Positions 53,101 to 62,895 of a stretch of 64,000 nucleotides of DNA are shown here, in pieces. The notes beneath the pieces were generated by a model, which saw nothing but the letters and a program-made list of their open reading frames with translations, made no database searches and was not told the DNA's origin. Origin of the DNA: an uncultured virus (IMG/VR IMGVR_UViG_3300032246_002559) (lineage: Duplodnaviria > Heunggongvirae > Uroviricota > Caudoviricetes); the IMG/VR virus record IMGVR_UViG_3300032246_002559. One strand, written 5' to 3'. Numbering within the stretch: position 1 is the first letter of the stretch; every line of letters starts with the position of its first letter. The position numbers were made by a program, and so were the translations under genes.

Positions 53101-54208
53101 CTGTACCGGAATTACAGACCCTCCTACCACAACGACTACGGCAGGCCCCACCACGACCTCTGCCCCTACGACTCCCGACCCTTGGATGCCGGGCTACTAC
53201 TGCGTCACAGACCTCTCTGACGGACGCAAGTATTGTTCCTATATATCCTTAAGTCCCACAGAAAATCCAGATATATTTTATTCAGGCCCAGCAGCAAGCT
53301 TGGCCATGTGCCGGGCTGGATGCCTCTGGGGAACTACTACGACATCGACGACGGCTGGCCCAGGCGTAACTACGACTACGCCTCCATGCACAGGATACTG
53401 CCTGTATTCGTGGGACGGAACACGTTGGAACAAGGAGGGGGCGGGCTATTGTTCGTCTGGTTGCGGATGCGTTGCGCCGAGCTTTGCGGGATCTTTCACT
53501 GGGCAGGGTGCAGTTAGCTACTGCTCTCCTACGACTACCACGACGGCTTCGCCGACCACCACGGCTGCGCCGACGACCACGACGGCTTCGCCGACCACCA
53601 CGGCTTCGCCGACGACCACGACGGCTGCTCCAACAACCACTGCTGTCGCCACATCGACAATCACAACTTCTACATCAACATCTACAACGGCCGCGCCGAC
53701 AACTACAACAACGGCCGCGCCGACTACGACATCGGCGGCAACAACCACTTGCAGTCCGACGACTGGAGGGGTCACTTATACCGCCTTCTATAACGGTTTT
53801 GAGTACGGTTGGCAGCCTAGCAGTGGAAGCTGTCAGCCGGGATACATATCGTCAGCGCCAAATACTAGGCCTTCGGGTCTGAACGAAACCCAAGTGATTT
53901 GCTGTATTCCGGCACCCACCACGGTGGCCCCGACGACGACGGCTGCTCCTGGGTCAACGACGGCTGCGCCGACTACCACAACGAGCAATCCAACAACTAC
54001 AACATCCATGTATGGAGGCTCGACGACGACGGCTGTGCCGACGACCACCACGACGGCTTCTACGGGATATTGCACATTCGTTTGGTACAACGATACTGGT
54101 TGGGAATATTACAATGCGAGTAACTGCGCGCCTGGCTATTCATGCCCACCCCAACCCGGTCAGGAAGGCCCATCTAATGGTTATACCATTAATATTCCGT
54201 GCGTTTAA
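50159..54208 (+). CDS. Large fibre/adhesin-like protein with Thr-rich linkers and Cys-rich modules
   Basis: 1349 aa; TLTVIRGREGTTAATH N-domain; poly-Thr/PTTT tracts; cupredoxin-like YTF..HPF..YDCGLH. Confidence 0.75.
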   Translation: MAFHRFANQAVTYLANTINSSTTSVVVVSATKFPQVPFEVTCGSEVMRVTDINLVTNTLTVIRGREGTTAATHASGDAIAHTLTRDGLLDTLSGNGTNNTALSFSSTDPEAVGGATVYLTPLSGNNIGLYDALEQRWRRFPVTIPPSVDANEVAGSCVDVFASWNNSTQSVVLNKVVFDCEDGRSAGYDLVRVDGVVVSESALAWRHVGTYQMVSSNQVALNSNTPILSGYQNAEIPRLGKKILRIDPPITSYEIHGVEPAEDGATIYLLNVSSSDTILIKHNSGTAGANAKILALDADDYPIYPLGGVTLVYDASSAAYRMIGACCATTTTAPTTTTTTTTTTTTTTAGPGTTTTAGPTTTSTPTTTTPDPYSASCLPSTTYVRVSTDTNGVSGPHFEFSADNATWFVASAAAPKLIANRTYTFRLTNTSSHPFRVFDTDGFNRLAKATVGGASGTTADGFWGGDVTMTVVLLDKTPFSYDCGLHGFEGGVGENAFVYGGDCSICAQPVMYLRLNEDPATYPPPPAWPSSVPVLQYNKTSVYTDVFSGTYADGLKSSFVAVQTYYPYSVIDDNRMGLTGQISGIKLSLYGLRSTIASANNKCVVFLGYTTAESTPITKRCLLAGELNASGTNVSGGIDYVIEPNDSLSAWSFGAAGTYKPNPNGKLSTSYEVGDSLPHAQLIDLIGLSARGTFFLLIKASNQSGAGVVTVDSFAVEILTSNDETRTFWARPNDQIGFNSTDAFGVLADIPLERNYGLTEYPTDLAVGEVKYVRFRSEYDANYHLWAGGQDTGGVKLEIFRNWNASDSPVSTYFNLYDSSRKRLLCSSGEFITFKFTNTSATAKTISLKLQTPDINYEMSADGTNWHLPNRWAFGGAGASTPASYKISLRHLTNPRFAFKVRPIPAGTAAFVESTASTVQSSIGPGPYYYANPVNVNNSYVKLLMGYNQPIQKFLDSRTGTLIINEDDLDDDRQSLVYSASCTGITDPPTTTTTAGPTTTSAPTTPDPWMPGYYCVTDLSDGRKYCSYISLSPTENPDIFYSGPAASLAMCRAGCLWGTTTTSTTAGPGVTTTTPPCTGYCLYSWDGTRWNKEGAGYCSSGCGCVAPSFAGSFTGQGAVSYCSPTTTTTASPTTTAAPTTTTASPTTTASPTTTTAAPTTTAVATSTITTSTSTSTTAAPTTTTTAAPTTTSAATTTCSPTTGGVTYTAFYNGFEYGWQPSSGSCQPGYISSAPNTRPSGLNETQVICCIPAPTTVAPTTTAAPGSTTAAPTTTTSNPTTTTSMYGGSTTTAVPTTTTTASTGYCTFVWYNDTGWEYYNASNCAPGYSCPPQPGQEGPSNGYTINIPCV

Positions 54209-54432
54209 TTCTTAGTCGCAAAAAAATCGCAAGGCGTTACTACAAATGACTTTGCGTAAACGCAAGGGCAAAAGCTAGATCAATTAACGGGTCTAGACTA
54301 TTATCTTCTGTGCTTATTGATTGATGGTGGGGCGCGTCCCACTCACGCTCATCGGTGTAATTTACCTTTGCCGCAATTTATCCACGGTGTTTGTCTAGAG
54401 GTCGGCTCCTCTAGACTTATGGAGGTTTCTCA

Positions 54433-56076
54433 ATGTCGGTGTTCCGCAACAAATTTTCTGAAGACATCTTTAATTACAAGTATCGTCACGAGGGCTGTGA
54501 AACGTGGGAAAAACTTTCTGACGTCATCGTAGACGATGTATGTAGAGACAAGATGACCAAGGAAGAAAAAAGCCTTCTTAAGAAAGCCATTCGAGAGATG
54601 AAGTTTCTTCCGGGCGGTAGATATATTTACTATGCTGGTCGTGAGATAAAAGCATTCAACAATTGTTATCTGCTCAGAGCAGAGTCTGATACGAGAGAAG
54701 ATTGGGCAATGCTTTCGTGGAAGGCGGAATCTTGCCTATCTACCGGCGGTGGCATTGGTGTTGACTACTCAATCTATCGACCCAAGGATGCTCCACTCAA
54801 GAGGACCGGCGGGCAGGCTTCTGGGCCTGTCAGCAAAATGAGAATGATCAACGAAATTGGGCGCGAGGTCATGCAGGGGGGGTCTCGACGCTCTGCTATT
54901 TATGCGAGCCTGAACTGGCAGCATCAAGACATTCAGCAGTTTTTGTATTCCAAAGACTGGTTCAACATGAAAGTTCCGGGGACGGATAAAACTTTCTGGG
55001 ACTGTAAGGTTGCTGACTTTAACTTTGCAGCTCCACTCGATATGACCAACATATCGGCAAACTATGACGACGCGTGGCTAAACATGCCAGACAGACACAA
55101 GCACCCTACTTTTTTGGCTAATTGTCGGCAGGCAATGATGACTGGAGAACCAGGTTGGTCGTTTAATTTCGGCGACAAGCAGAACGAGACCCTGCGAAAT
55201 GCTTGTACCGAAGTGACATCAGAAGACGACTCAGACGTGTGCAATCTGGGTTCCCTCAATATGTCTAGGATTGAGACCAAAGAAGAGTTTCAAATGATCA
55301 TTCGCCTAGCCACGAAATTCTTGATATGTGGTACTCTGGTGGCAGATCTACCATACGCCAAGGTCCATCAGACCAGAGAAAAGAATCGTCGACTGGGGCT
55401 TGGCCTCATGGGAATGCATGAGTGGTTGGTGCAAAGAGGGTATCGTTACGAGGTAACGCCTGAACTGCACGAGTGGCTGGCTGTCTATCGTGATGAGTCT
55501 GATTATGTTTCTCGCCAGTTTAGTGCTGAGCTTTCCGTCTCAGAACCTGTTGCGAAGCGGGCTATTGCTCCTACTGGATCTATCGGTATTTTGGCTGGGA
55601 CGACAACGGGAATCGAGCCAGTATTTGCTGTTGCGTACAAGCGGCGATATCTGAAGAACGGTACGCAATGGCACTACCAGTACGTTGTCGACTCCGCGGC
55701 CAAGGATCTGATTGAGCGTTACGGCGTTTCGCCCGACCGGATTGAGTCTGCAATCGATCTGGCCGCCGACTACGAACGGCGGCTTAAGTTCCAGGCGGAC
55801 ACCCAGGACTACGTCGATCAGTCGATTAGCTCCACAATCAACATGCCTAGCTGGGGCAGTGATCTAAACAACGAAGACAAAGTCGTCGATATCGCAGAGA
55901 CGCTCTCTCGATATGCTCCACGCTTGCGAGGATTTACTGTATATCCAGACGGCGCCAGAGGTGGCCAGCCATTGGTGTCTGTCGACTATGCTGAGGCTGC
56001 TAGACAACAGGGCGTAGAATATCTAGAGCACGACATTTGCGTGATCGGAGGCAAGGGCGGAACTTGCGGCAGTTAG
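54433..56076 (+). CDS. nrdJ: Ribonucleotide reductase, probably class II (B12-dependent)
   Basis: NNCY, LRNACTE, VCNLGS, IAPTGS, C-terminal Cys pair; no beta subunit in window. Confidence 0.8.
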   Translation: MSVFRNKFSEDIFNYKYRHEGCETWEKLSDVIVDDVCRDKMTKEEKSLLKKAIREMKFLPGGRYIYYAGREIKAFNNCYLLRAESDTREDWAMLSWKAESCLSTGGGIGVDYSIYRPKDAPLKRTGGQASGPVSKMRMINEIGREVMQGGSRRSAIYASLNWQHQDIQQFLYSKDWFNMKVPGTDKTFWDCKVADFNFAAPLDMTNISANYDDAWLNMPDRHKHPTFLANCRQAMMTGEPGWSFNFGDKQNETLRNACTEVTSEDDSDVCNLGSLNMSRIETKEEFQMIIRLATKFLICGTLVADLPYAKVHQTREKNRRLGLGLMGMHEWLVQRGYRYEVTPELHEWLAVYRDESDYVSRQFSAELSVSEPVAKRAIAPTGSIGILAGTTTGIEPVFAVAYKRRYLKNGTQWHYQYVVDSAAKDLIERYGVSPDRIESAIDLAADYERRLKFQADTQDYVDQSISSTINMPSWGSDLNNEDKVVDIAETLSRYAPRLRGFTVYPDGARGGQPLVSVDYAEAARQQGVEYLEHDICVIGGKGGTCGS

Positions 56077-56156
56077 TTCAGAAAAACTTCTGAGTTTGAC
56101 TCATGCAACAGCGGCCGGGTTAGTATCGGTAGAATCCGAACTAACCTGAGGCCGCT

Positions 56157-56627
56157 ATGAAGTCTACTCCCCGACGCGTCAGTCAACCCCTTTCGCAAAT
56201 CATCGAGGCGGTCGAAAACTTTCTTGGGTCCCTTCCTAAGGATCTGATTAATGCAGCCGTCAAACAAGACGATACGCATGGCTCAGAAGGATATGATGCT
56301 CCTGAATCAGCGCGGAATAATGCGCGAAAGGTTTTGGGGTGGAAGAAAAAATACGGCAAAGAATGCAAGGGGATGACACCAGTTGGCTGGGCGCGCGCTC
56401 GCGATCTCGGCAATGGCTCTATGTTGTCCGCAGACACAGTCAAGCGAATGGCTTCTTTCAATCGCCATCGCTCCAACTATGAAAAAGCCAGAAATAAGCC
56501 AGAATCCAAAACCAAGCCATGGACCATTCCGGCAATTGTCGCATGGTTGGGGTGGGGTGGTACTACTGGCGTGGAGTGGGCAATTCGCACCTCTGAAGCT
56601 ATTCGCAATAAAGGGAAGAAGCGATGA
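56157..56627 (+). CDS. Conserved phage protein
   Basis: GMTPVGWARARDL...TVKRMASF...AWLGWGG. Confidence 0.65.
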   Translation: MKSTPRRVSQPLSQIIEAVENFLGSLPKDLINAAVKQDDTHGSEGYDAPESARNNARKVLGWKKKYGKECKGMTPVGWARARDLGNGSMLSADTVKRMASFNRHRSNYEKARNKPESKTKPWTIPAIVAWLGWGGTTGVEWAIRTSEAIRNKGKKR

Positions 56628-56875
56628 CTCATTCAGAATCATTTGGAGTCGGCGACGTCGTCTGTTTGAATAGTGGGTCTCCGCCCATGACGATCATATC
56701 CATAACAGATGACAGATATCTGGTTTTAGCTTACGCAGATATGAACGGAGTTATTCTCCGGGAAAGTCTACCACCGGACGCTGTCGCTTTAACCGAGATG
56801 CGTTGGGCGATTAGTTCAATCGACGCCGAGGTCGACATCGATTTGGAAGATGATGATGACGAAGAGGATTTTTGA
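56624..56875 (+). CDS. YodC/DUF2158-like protein
   Basis: FGVGDVVCLNSGSPPMTI. Confidence 0.75.
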   Translation: MTHSESFGVGDVVCLNSGSPPMTIISITDDRYLVLAYADMNGVILRESLPPDAVALTEMRWAISSIDAEVDIDLEDDDDEEDF

Positions 56876-57246
56876 TGCCTACTTATGACTATCGTTGTAA
56901 TGCCTGCGGCGATAGCTTTGAGCTATATCAGTCGTTTAATGACAATATCAAGCGTACTTGCCAGAAGTGTGGGCAAAAAAAGTTAGAGCGATTGATCGAC
57001 TGTGGCCTAGATGCTTTTTGCTATGACGTAACTACGATTGGTCAGCAGGGCGAGCGAAACGCTAAAAAAGCCGGTAAAACTAAGGTTGATGAGATGGTAG
57101 CTAATCGGGACGAAAATAGGAAAAAAGCTCAAAAGCTCCTGGGGAAGGAGCCTGGTAAAAAACCATGGTGGCGCGAAACTGATAAGCCTCTCGACCTGAA
57201 GAAGGTTAAGGATGTCAAAAAGTATATAGAGAAGGGAGAAAAATGA
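56875..57246 (+). CDS. FmdB-like zinc ribbon protein
   Basis: MPTYDYRCNACG...CQKCG. Confidence 0.85.
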   Translation: MPTYDYRCNACGDSFELYQSFNDNIKRTCQKCGQKKLERLIDCGLDAFCYDVTTIGQQGERNAKKAGKTKVDEMVANRDENRKKAQKLLGKEPGKKPWWRETDKPLDLKKVKDVKKYIEKGEK

Positions 57247-57845
57247 TCCATATCATTACTCCTTGTTCTAGACCTGAAAATTTACCATTAGTTTATGCAT
57301 CTATTCCCCAGGATTGCCATTGGGTAGTCGTGATGGATGCATCAACCCAACCGTATCAGAAGGGTGATGGCTTTCATTATTTTCTGAACCTTGTTGGATT
57401 ATGTGGAGGAAAGACAGAAGTAGGCATGCCCACAGTTTCCGTGAGTTATTCTCAATCATCGGGAATGTTTGGTAATCTCTGCCGAAATCAGGCCATCGAT
57501 GAGCTGCAGGCGCCAGACGATGACTGGGTCTATTTTCACGACGATGACAATTTGATCCATCCAGACTGGCGAAAGGGCGTAGAACCATATTTGGAATCAG
57601 AAATACCAATGATTACTTGGGGGCAACTTGAAAAAGATGGTTCGGTTCGCTTACCTCCACCTAAAGAAATCTGGCTGAACCATATAGACACCGCTATGTA
57701 TATGGTAAGATGGGGTTCTCTGAGAAACACTCGTTTTGAGGCTAAAGAGCGTGATGCAGATGGTAGACTAGCGGTTGAGTTAGCTTCGAGGCACAGGCAT
57801 AAGATAATAGAACAGTCGTTGTGTTGGTATAATGTTTTGAGGTGA
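57243..57845 (+). CDS. Glycosyltransferase, GT-A fold
   Basis: IITPCSRPENL, RNQAID, YFHDDDN. Confidence 0.8.
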   Translation: MIHIITPCSRPENLPLVYASIPQDCHWVVVMDASTQPYQKGDGFHYFLNLVGLCGGKTEVGMPTVSVSYSQSSGMFGNLCRNQAIDELQAPDDDWVYFHDDDNLIHPDWRKGVEPYLESEIPMITWGQLEKDGSVRLPPPKEIWLNHIDTAMYMVRWGSLRNTRFEAKERDADGRLAVELASRHRHKIIEQSLCWYNVLR

Positions 57846-57848
57846 TTT

Positions 57849-59935
57849 ATGCTTCCAAACGATGAGACTAATCCTCACGTAGCAGTTATATATCTCTTTG
57901 CAGAAGTTCATGAGCGACTTCCGGATGGGTCGGCTAGCGGAAATCCAGTTGAGCGCAAAACGATGACTCTGAGAATAAACGGTGTTGATCGCTGGACTTG
58001 CGAGCGCAAGCTTGCTGAGGCCCTTGAGGAGATGATGAAGACATGCACACGGTAAACCAAACGGAACTGCCAGGAGAACGAATTGTCCTGGAATGTTCTA
58101 ATTGTCACAAGCCTCTGGTCGATATTCGTTCGAGCAATCCTGATCAACCATTCTTATGGAAAGTAAAAGCGAAGTGCTGCTACTGCGGAGACAGCTCTTT
58201 TGAAAAAGAGATCAGGGGTTTGCTTAAGTATTTCGGCGCCCAGGTTCCTAAAGATGGGGACTCATCTGATGTTGTGGTCGTAACCAGGATTGCGCACCTT
58301 GAGGCTGACGGAGACAAAGTCCTCTTTCACACCGCTCCTGGAGACAAGTTATGAGTCGAACAGAAGATGTTATCAAGTTTCTAGTCAAAAAAGACATAGG
58401 ACAACATTCGATCGGATATGATGGGGCTGGTAGCGAAGTTGATTCGTCATCATCCGATTGTGTTGCGAAGTTGGTCTCAATAGAGAAGACTGGCGTAATC
58501 AAGCACTTTGTCCGCGTCTGCCGTAGAGGTATAGACATCGGCACTTTTTTCAATCCTCAGGTTCATGCTAAAGCCGAATTATTTCGTTTTGACGGTAGCA
58601 CCGGTCGGATGCGCTATGATTTTACTGAAGTGAGTCCGGTAGCTTTTGACACATATGTTGCGTTTCTCAAGTCTGGCAATACTGCCTTGTTGCGAATTGC
58701 CCAAAGGAATTGATCATGCCTAAAAAAGCCCAAGAACCGCGCCCATTGAGTAAGGCGGAACAGCACTACCTAGAAAGTCTTGTCGGGGTCAAATCCCTAG
58801 GGGAGATGGCCAGCGATCTGGATCGGAGCGCTGCTGAGATCGAGGTCGCCTACAAAAAAGCGCGAGCTAAGAGTCCAGGAAAGTTTGGACGTCCTTCAGA
58901 AGGAGTCACCATTATGACAGAGGCTGCCTCCATCGAAGGAGATGAGCACGGAAAGGCCAACCGAGCCGCTAATGATCAGTTTATTGCTCGCTATGCGAAT
59001 TGCGTGTGGAGGGGGAATAAGTGATTGTCGGCAGTCTTTCCGAGGTCTTATATCAGGCCCCCTTCGATAGAACTTTCCTCCTTGCCGGCCTTGAGGGGAA
59101 TCTTTTTGTCGTCGCGGACGGAGATGCGGAAGATTGGGAAAGGGTGAGATCTTTAGTTGAAGATGGCAAGAAAATGATATCTCTGGAAATCCGTTTCCGA
59201 TCAGCGTCATTTCATGCCGCCCCCGACCGTGCAGGCGGTTATTTTTTTCGTCCGGCGGTTGCTGCTTGCCTATCTGGAAGCTCTCACTCCTTCAATTTAT
59301 TTGTGGTGGGACACTTAGACGAGGCTGGGCAAGTTCATACCCAATCAGTTGTTGTTCCCGAATTGGTGGTCGTTAATAGGGACATAAGGCAACAGTCCGA
59401 TCAAGAGTCTGTTGGTAGTTCCTTGATATTGAACTGGTGAAAGTCCTATCTTAAATCCTCGTAGGCACCGAGGATTTTTATGGCTAGAAATTATTCTGAG
59501 GACAGTCGCTATGAAAGCCGCTATGGGGGTGGTTGGGTTGCTCCTCATCAAATTCTTGCCGAAGTGATGTGCGAGCGTATTGCCGCCAAGGAAAAAACTA
59601 GTCTTCCCGCTAAGTTCTGGGATTTGCCCCGCTGGAAAAAGCACTTTCTCATGCAGTTGAGGCTGGCCCTCAAACTCCTGGAGAATTATCATCCGTCCGT
59701 CATATCTCGAGGGATAAGGTCGAACGAGGGGCGTAGAGCTTTCTCTTTTGGTGCGCCATTCCTAAAGGACGCGTTTGATCGTGAGCAGGAGAAGTACAAT
59801 GCTGAAATGGTGTCTCTCAAATCAGCCCCTCTACCTTCGCCTGTAGAATCAATCGCTGTTGAGATTGTTCCGCGCCCTGCTTTTACCCCCCGTCGCAGTT
59901 TGAAATCTCGACTAGAGGACCTTGAACGTGAGTAA
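57849..59935 (+). CDS. Six coupled hypothetical genes (incl. Zn-finger 58043 and HTH 58716)
   Basis: Overlapping starts and stops leading into recA. Confidence 0.6.
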
Positions 59936-62024
59936 AGATAAAGAAAAAGACAAGGTCGATTTCACTAAGGAAATCGTGAAGCAATTTGGTGAGGGCGTTG
60001 CGGTATCTGCTCGAGATATCATCGGTCTCGACGAGGAGAAGAAAAAAATTATTCCTGTCGGACCCGCTCTGAACGTGGGTTTGAGGGGAGGCATTCCCGA
60101 AGGGTCCTGGGTCACTTGTTCAGGCCAGCCTAAGACGGGTAAGGAGCAGCCAGCATCAGCTATAGTCTATACTCCTTCAGGACCTTGTAAAATCGGCGAC
60201 CTTAAATTAGGTGATCGCATTTGTCATCCTGATGGAGTTTCGCGCGTCGCAGGAGTTTTTCCACAAGGAAAAAAAGCTGTCTATCGCGTTCACTTTGATA
60301 ACGGAGATTGGGCCGAGTGTGGTGCCGAGCATCTCTGGGAAGTGCGGGACTGTCGCCCTGCCAAGGTCGAACAAGTCGATCGAGTGCTTTCGTTAATCCA
60401 GATAAAAGATAATCTTTTCCACAGCGACAAAAGCGTGAAATGGGGACTTCGTCCAAGATGGTCGGTCCGACTCCCACGCCCTGTCGTCTTCAAGGCCCGG
60501 AGAACCCCTATCGATCCCTATACTCTAGGTCTCCTTTTGGGCAACGGCACCATTACCCATACCAATCTTCGCTTTACGACAATGGACGAAGAGCTGTGTG
60601 GCGTCATCTCCGAAATGGCTGGATGTCAGGTCAAGGCGAGTACTAGTCCGTACCAGTACCGGATTAATAAGGGCGGGCGACTGAGGAATGCTCTTGGGCG
60701 CCTTGGGTTGTTGGGACGTAAGTCTCACACCAAGCACGTTCCCGACCTTTACAAATTCAATGAAGTTTCGGTGCGTCTTGGCGTTTTGCAAGGGCTTATG
60801 GACACTGATGGGACCGCCGACATGAGGGGGTCGTGTGAGCTTAAAACTGCTTCACACGCGTTGGCTGAGGACATCAAGTGGCTAGTTCAGTCACTAGGTG
60901 GTCTCTGCAGAATCAGGCCGATTCTTGTTAATTTGGGAGAAAAGGCATTTCGTTCTTACCGTTGTTCTATTCGCATGCCTGAAACATCCTTGCTGTTTCG
61001 GCTAGGTAGAAAAAAAAGACGTTGCGTGACGCGTGGAGGTCGCGTATTGCGTCGACGAATAGTGGCTGTCGACTATGTTCGTGAAGAGGAATGCGTGTGC
61101 ATTAAGGTAGATCGGAAGGACGGACTATATCTAACTGACAACTTTATTGTCACACATAACACTTCGACCGCGCTGAGTTTTGCGGCTCAATGCCAAAAAC
61201 CTGAGCACGGAGGTCGTCATGTTTACTACCTTAATATCGAGGGACGACTTAAAGAGATGAACTTGATGGGAACTGCTGGTCTTGATCTAGATAAGATGAC
61301 TGTCTTTAGGTCGACGCCCGACAAGATCCTTACCGCTAAAGACTATCTAACCTTGGCCATGAAGGCTATTACATCTCACCCAGGATGCCTTATTATAATT
61401 GACTCAGTTTCCGCATTGTGCGACGAAAAAGAAATGGATGAGGGGGTTGGATACGAGAACCGTGGGGCGGGAAACAAGATCTTTGCTGGATTCTGCCGAC
61501 AAGCGGCTAACCTGGTTCCGATTCGTAATTGTATTGTATGGGCGATAATGCACTTGACGCAATCTCAGAGTGGATATGGTGGATTTGTTGAAAAAGGTAG
61601 TCGTACCCTTCAATATCAAGCTGATGTCCAAATGCGTGTTAAGTTTGACCGACCGTGGAAGGTGGGGGCCGCTGGCAGCGAGAAACAGATCGGCCAGCAG
61701 GTTCACTGGTTGATCGAGTCGTGCGCTCTGGGGCCACCAGGCATGGAAGTTGATTCCTACATCCGTTACGGGGTTGGCGTGGATAACGTGTTCGAGGCCA
61801 TTAATCTGGGCGTCCAGCTCGGCTTGGTCGGAAAAGCGGGTGCTTGGATGTCTTTGGACTTTATGGCTCGCTATCTCGACTTACTTGGCGTCGACAAGTG
61901 GAACGAGGAGGCGATCAAGAAAACCAAGACTCAAGGGGCGGAAAAGTTATATCGGTTACTGCAGGAAAATCCCGCTTGGGTAGTCGCTCTCGAGACAGAA
62001 ATTGCGGGGATGCTGAAATCATGA
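59928..62024 (+). CDS. recA: RecA/UvsX-like recombinase with intein
   Basis: GGIPEG...GQPKTGK/T Walker A; IIIDSVSAL Walker B; GTG start with GAGG SD. Confidence 0.9.
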   Translation: MSKDKEKDKVDFTKEIVKQFGEGVAVSARDIIGLDEEKKKIIPVGPALNVGLRGGIPEGSWVTCSGQPKTGKEQPASAIVYTPSGPCKIGDLKLGDRICHPDGVSRVAGVFPQGKKAVYRVHFDNGDWAECGAEHLWEVRDCRPAKVEQVDRVLSLIQIKDNLFHSDKSVKWGLRPRWSVRLPRPVVFKARRTPIDPYTLGLLLGNGTITHTNLRFTTMDEELCGVISEMAGCQVKASTSPYQYRINKGGRLRNALGRLGLLGRKSHTKHVPDLYKFNEVSVRLGVLQGLMDTDGTADMRGSCELKTASHALAEDIKWLVQSLGGLCRIRPILVNLGEKAFRSYRCSIRMPETSLLFRLGRKKRRCVTRGGRVLRRRIVAVDYVREEECVCIKVDRKDGLYLTDNFIVTHNTSTALSFAAQCQKPEHGGRHVYYLNIEGRLKEMNLMGTAGLDLDKMTVFRSTPDKILTAKDYLTLAMKAITSHPGCLIIIDSVSALCDEKEMDEGVGYENRGAGNKIFAGFCRQAANLVPIRNCIVWAIMHLTQSQSGYGGFVEKGSRTLQYQADVQMRVKFDRPWKVGAAGSEKQIGQQVHWLIESCALGPPGMEVDSYIRYGVGVDNVFEAINLGVQLGLVGKAGAWMSLDFMARYLDLLGVDKWNEEAIKKTKTQGAEKLYRLLQENPAWVVALETEIAGMLKS
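60144..61160 (+). mobile_element. Class 3-type intein with LAGLIDADG endonuclease (339 aa)
   Basis: EQPASAIVYTPSG start; EHLW; LGLLLGNG and LQGLMDTDG; CVCI; YLTDNFIVTHN followed by Thr. Confidence 0.88.
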
Positions 62025-62422
62025 GAGTCAAAGGTTTAGACGGGAGAACCTACACATGGTCATTTGCTGGCCGCTCAGATGAAGGGCCTGGTGGCCCAGC
62101 TCGGTCAGGACTGCACTCACGCGTACGGGCGTTCCTCAGAACCGTCTATCCGGTAGACCGCATCATGGAGGAAGTTGGACTTCCCGGATCCAACGGGCTG
62201 CGCGTCGACTTTTATCTACCTCTGAGAAAACTTGTTATAGAAGCCCATGGAGAGCAGCATTATCGATTCATTATGCACTTTCATAATACCGCAATGGGTT
62301 TTTTGCAGTCGAAGGAGCGCGACCAGAAAAAACGAGACTGGTGCGCTCTTAATGACATCAAGTTGGTAGAGTTGCCTTTCAACGAGGAAAGCGAATTGTG
62401 GTTGGTCCGAATGCAGTCATAA
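62021..62422 (+). CDS. PD-(D/E)xK endonuclease (DUF559/Vsr-like)
   Basis: VDFYLP...IEAHGEQHY...RDQKKRDWC. Confidence 0.75.
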   Translation: MRVKGLDGRTYTWSFAGRSDEGPGGPARSGLHSRVRAFLRTVYPVDRIMEEVGLPGSNGLRVDFYLPLRKLVIEAHGEQHYRFIMHFHNTAMGFLQSKERDQKKRDWCALNDIKLVELPFNEESELWLVRMQS

Positions 62423-62442
62423 TTCAAAAAATGGGGTGAGAG

Positions 62443-62895
62443 ATGTCTGACACAAGCATGACGGTTGATCAGTCTTTAGATGAGTTCGAGCGTTCGGTCA
62501 TGCCAGCCGATGGGCAGGGGGCGATGAAATATGTCGGACTACCCCAGGAAGAGCTACACATGATGTCGGCCGAAGAGTGCGGAGAAGCTGCGGTTATGTT
62601 GACTTGCCTATCGTTTCACCTGGCCAAACAGGCCAACAAGCTGCGGGCCAAAATTCGCTATTGCAATGAGACTATCCTTAAGTCTGTGGCAGGCAAGACT
62701 GGTAACTATCGCTATCAATCACCTGATGAACGTATGTCTCTGGCTATTCAAGAGGATGATCATGCCACGTCAATGAAAAAGCACGAAGTTACGTTGTCAT
62801 GCCGTTTGGAAAGGATCGACTATCTTTCCTTGCGATTGGAAAAGATTGCGGATATGTTCTCATCTTTGGCCGCGACGAAAAGGAGACAATCATGA
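62443..62895 (+). CDS. Hypothetical helical protein
   Basis: 150-aa ORF in the replication cluster. Confidence 0.6.
   Translation: MSDTSMTVDQSLDEFERSVMPADGQGAMKYVGLPQEELHMMSAEECGEAAVMLTCLSFHLAKQANKLRAKIRYCNETILKSVAGKTGNYRYQSPDERMSLAIQEDDHATSMKKHEVTLSCRLERIDYLSLRLEKIADMFSSLAATKRRQS

Noticed and set aside
53472..53882. Arg-rich and Val-rich alternative-frame ORFs
   Set aside because: Artefacts of Thr-repeat codons in the fibre gene
54210..54432. Cobalamin riboswitch upstream of the class II-like RNR
   Set aside because: Only isolated hairpins (e.g. GTCTAGAGG/CCTCTAGAC); no recognisable B12-box
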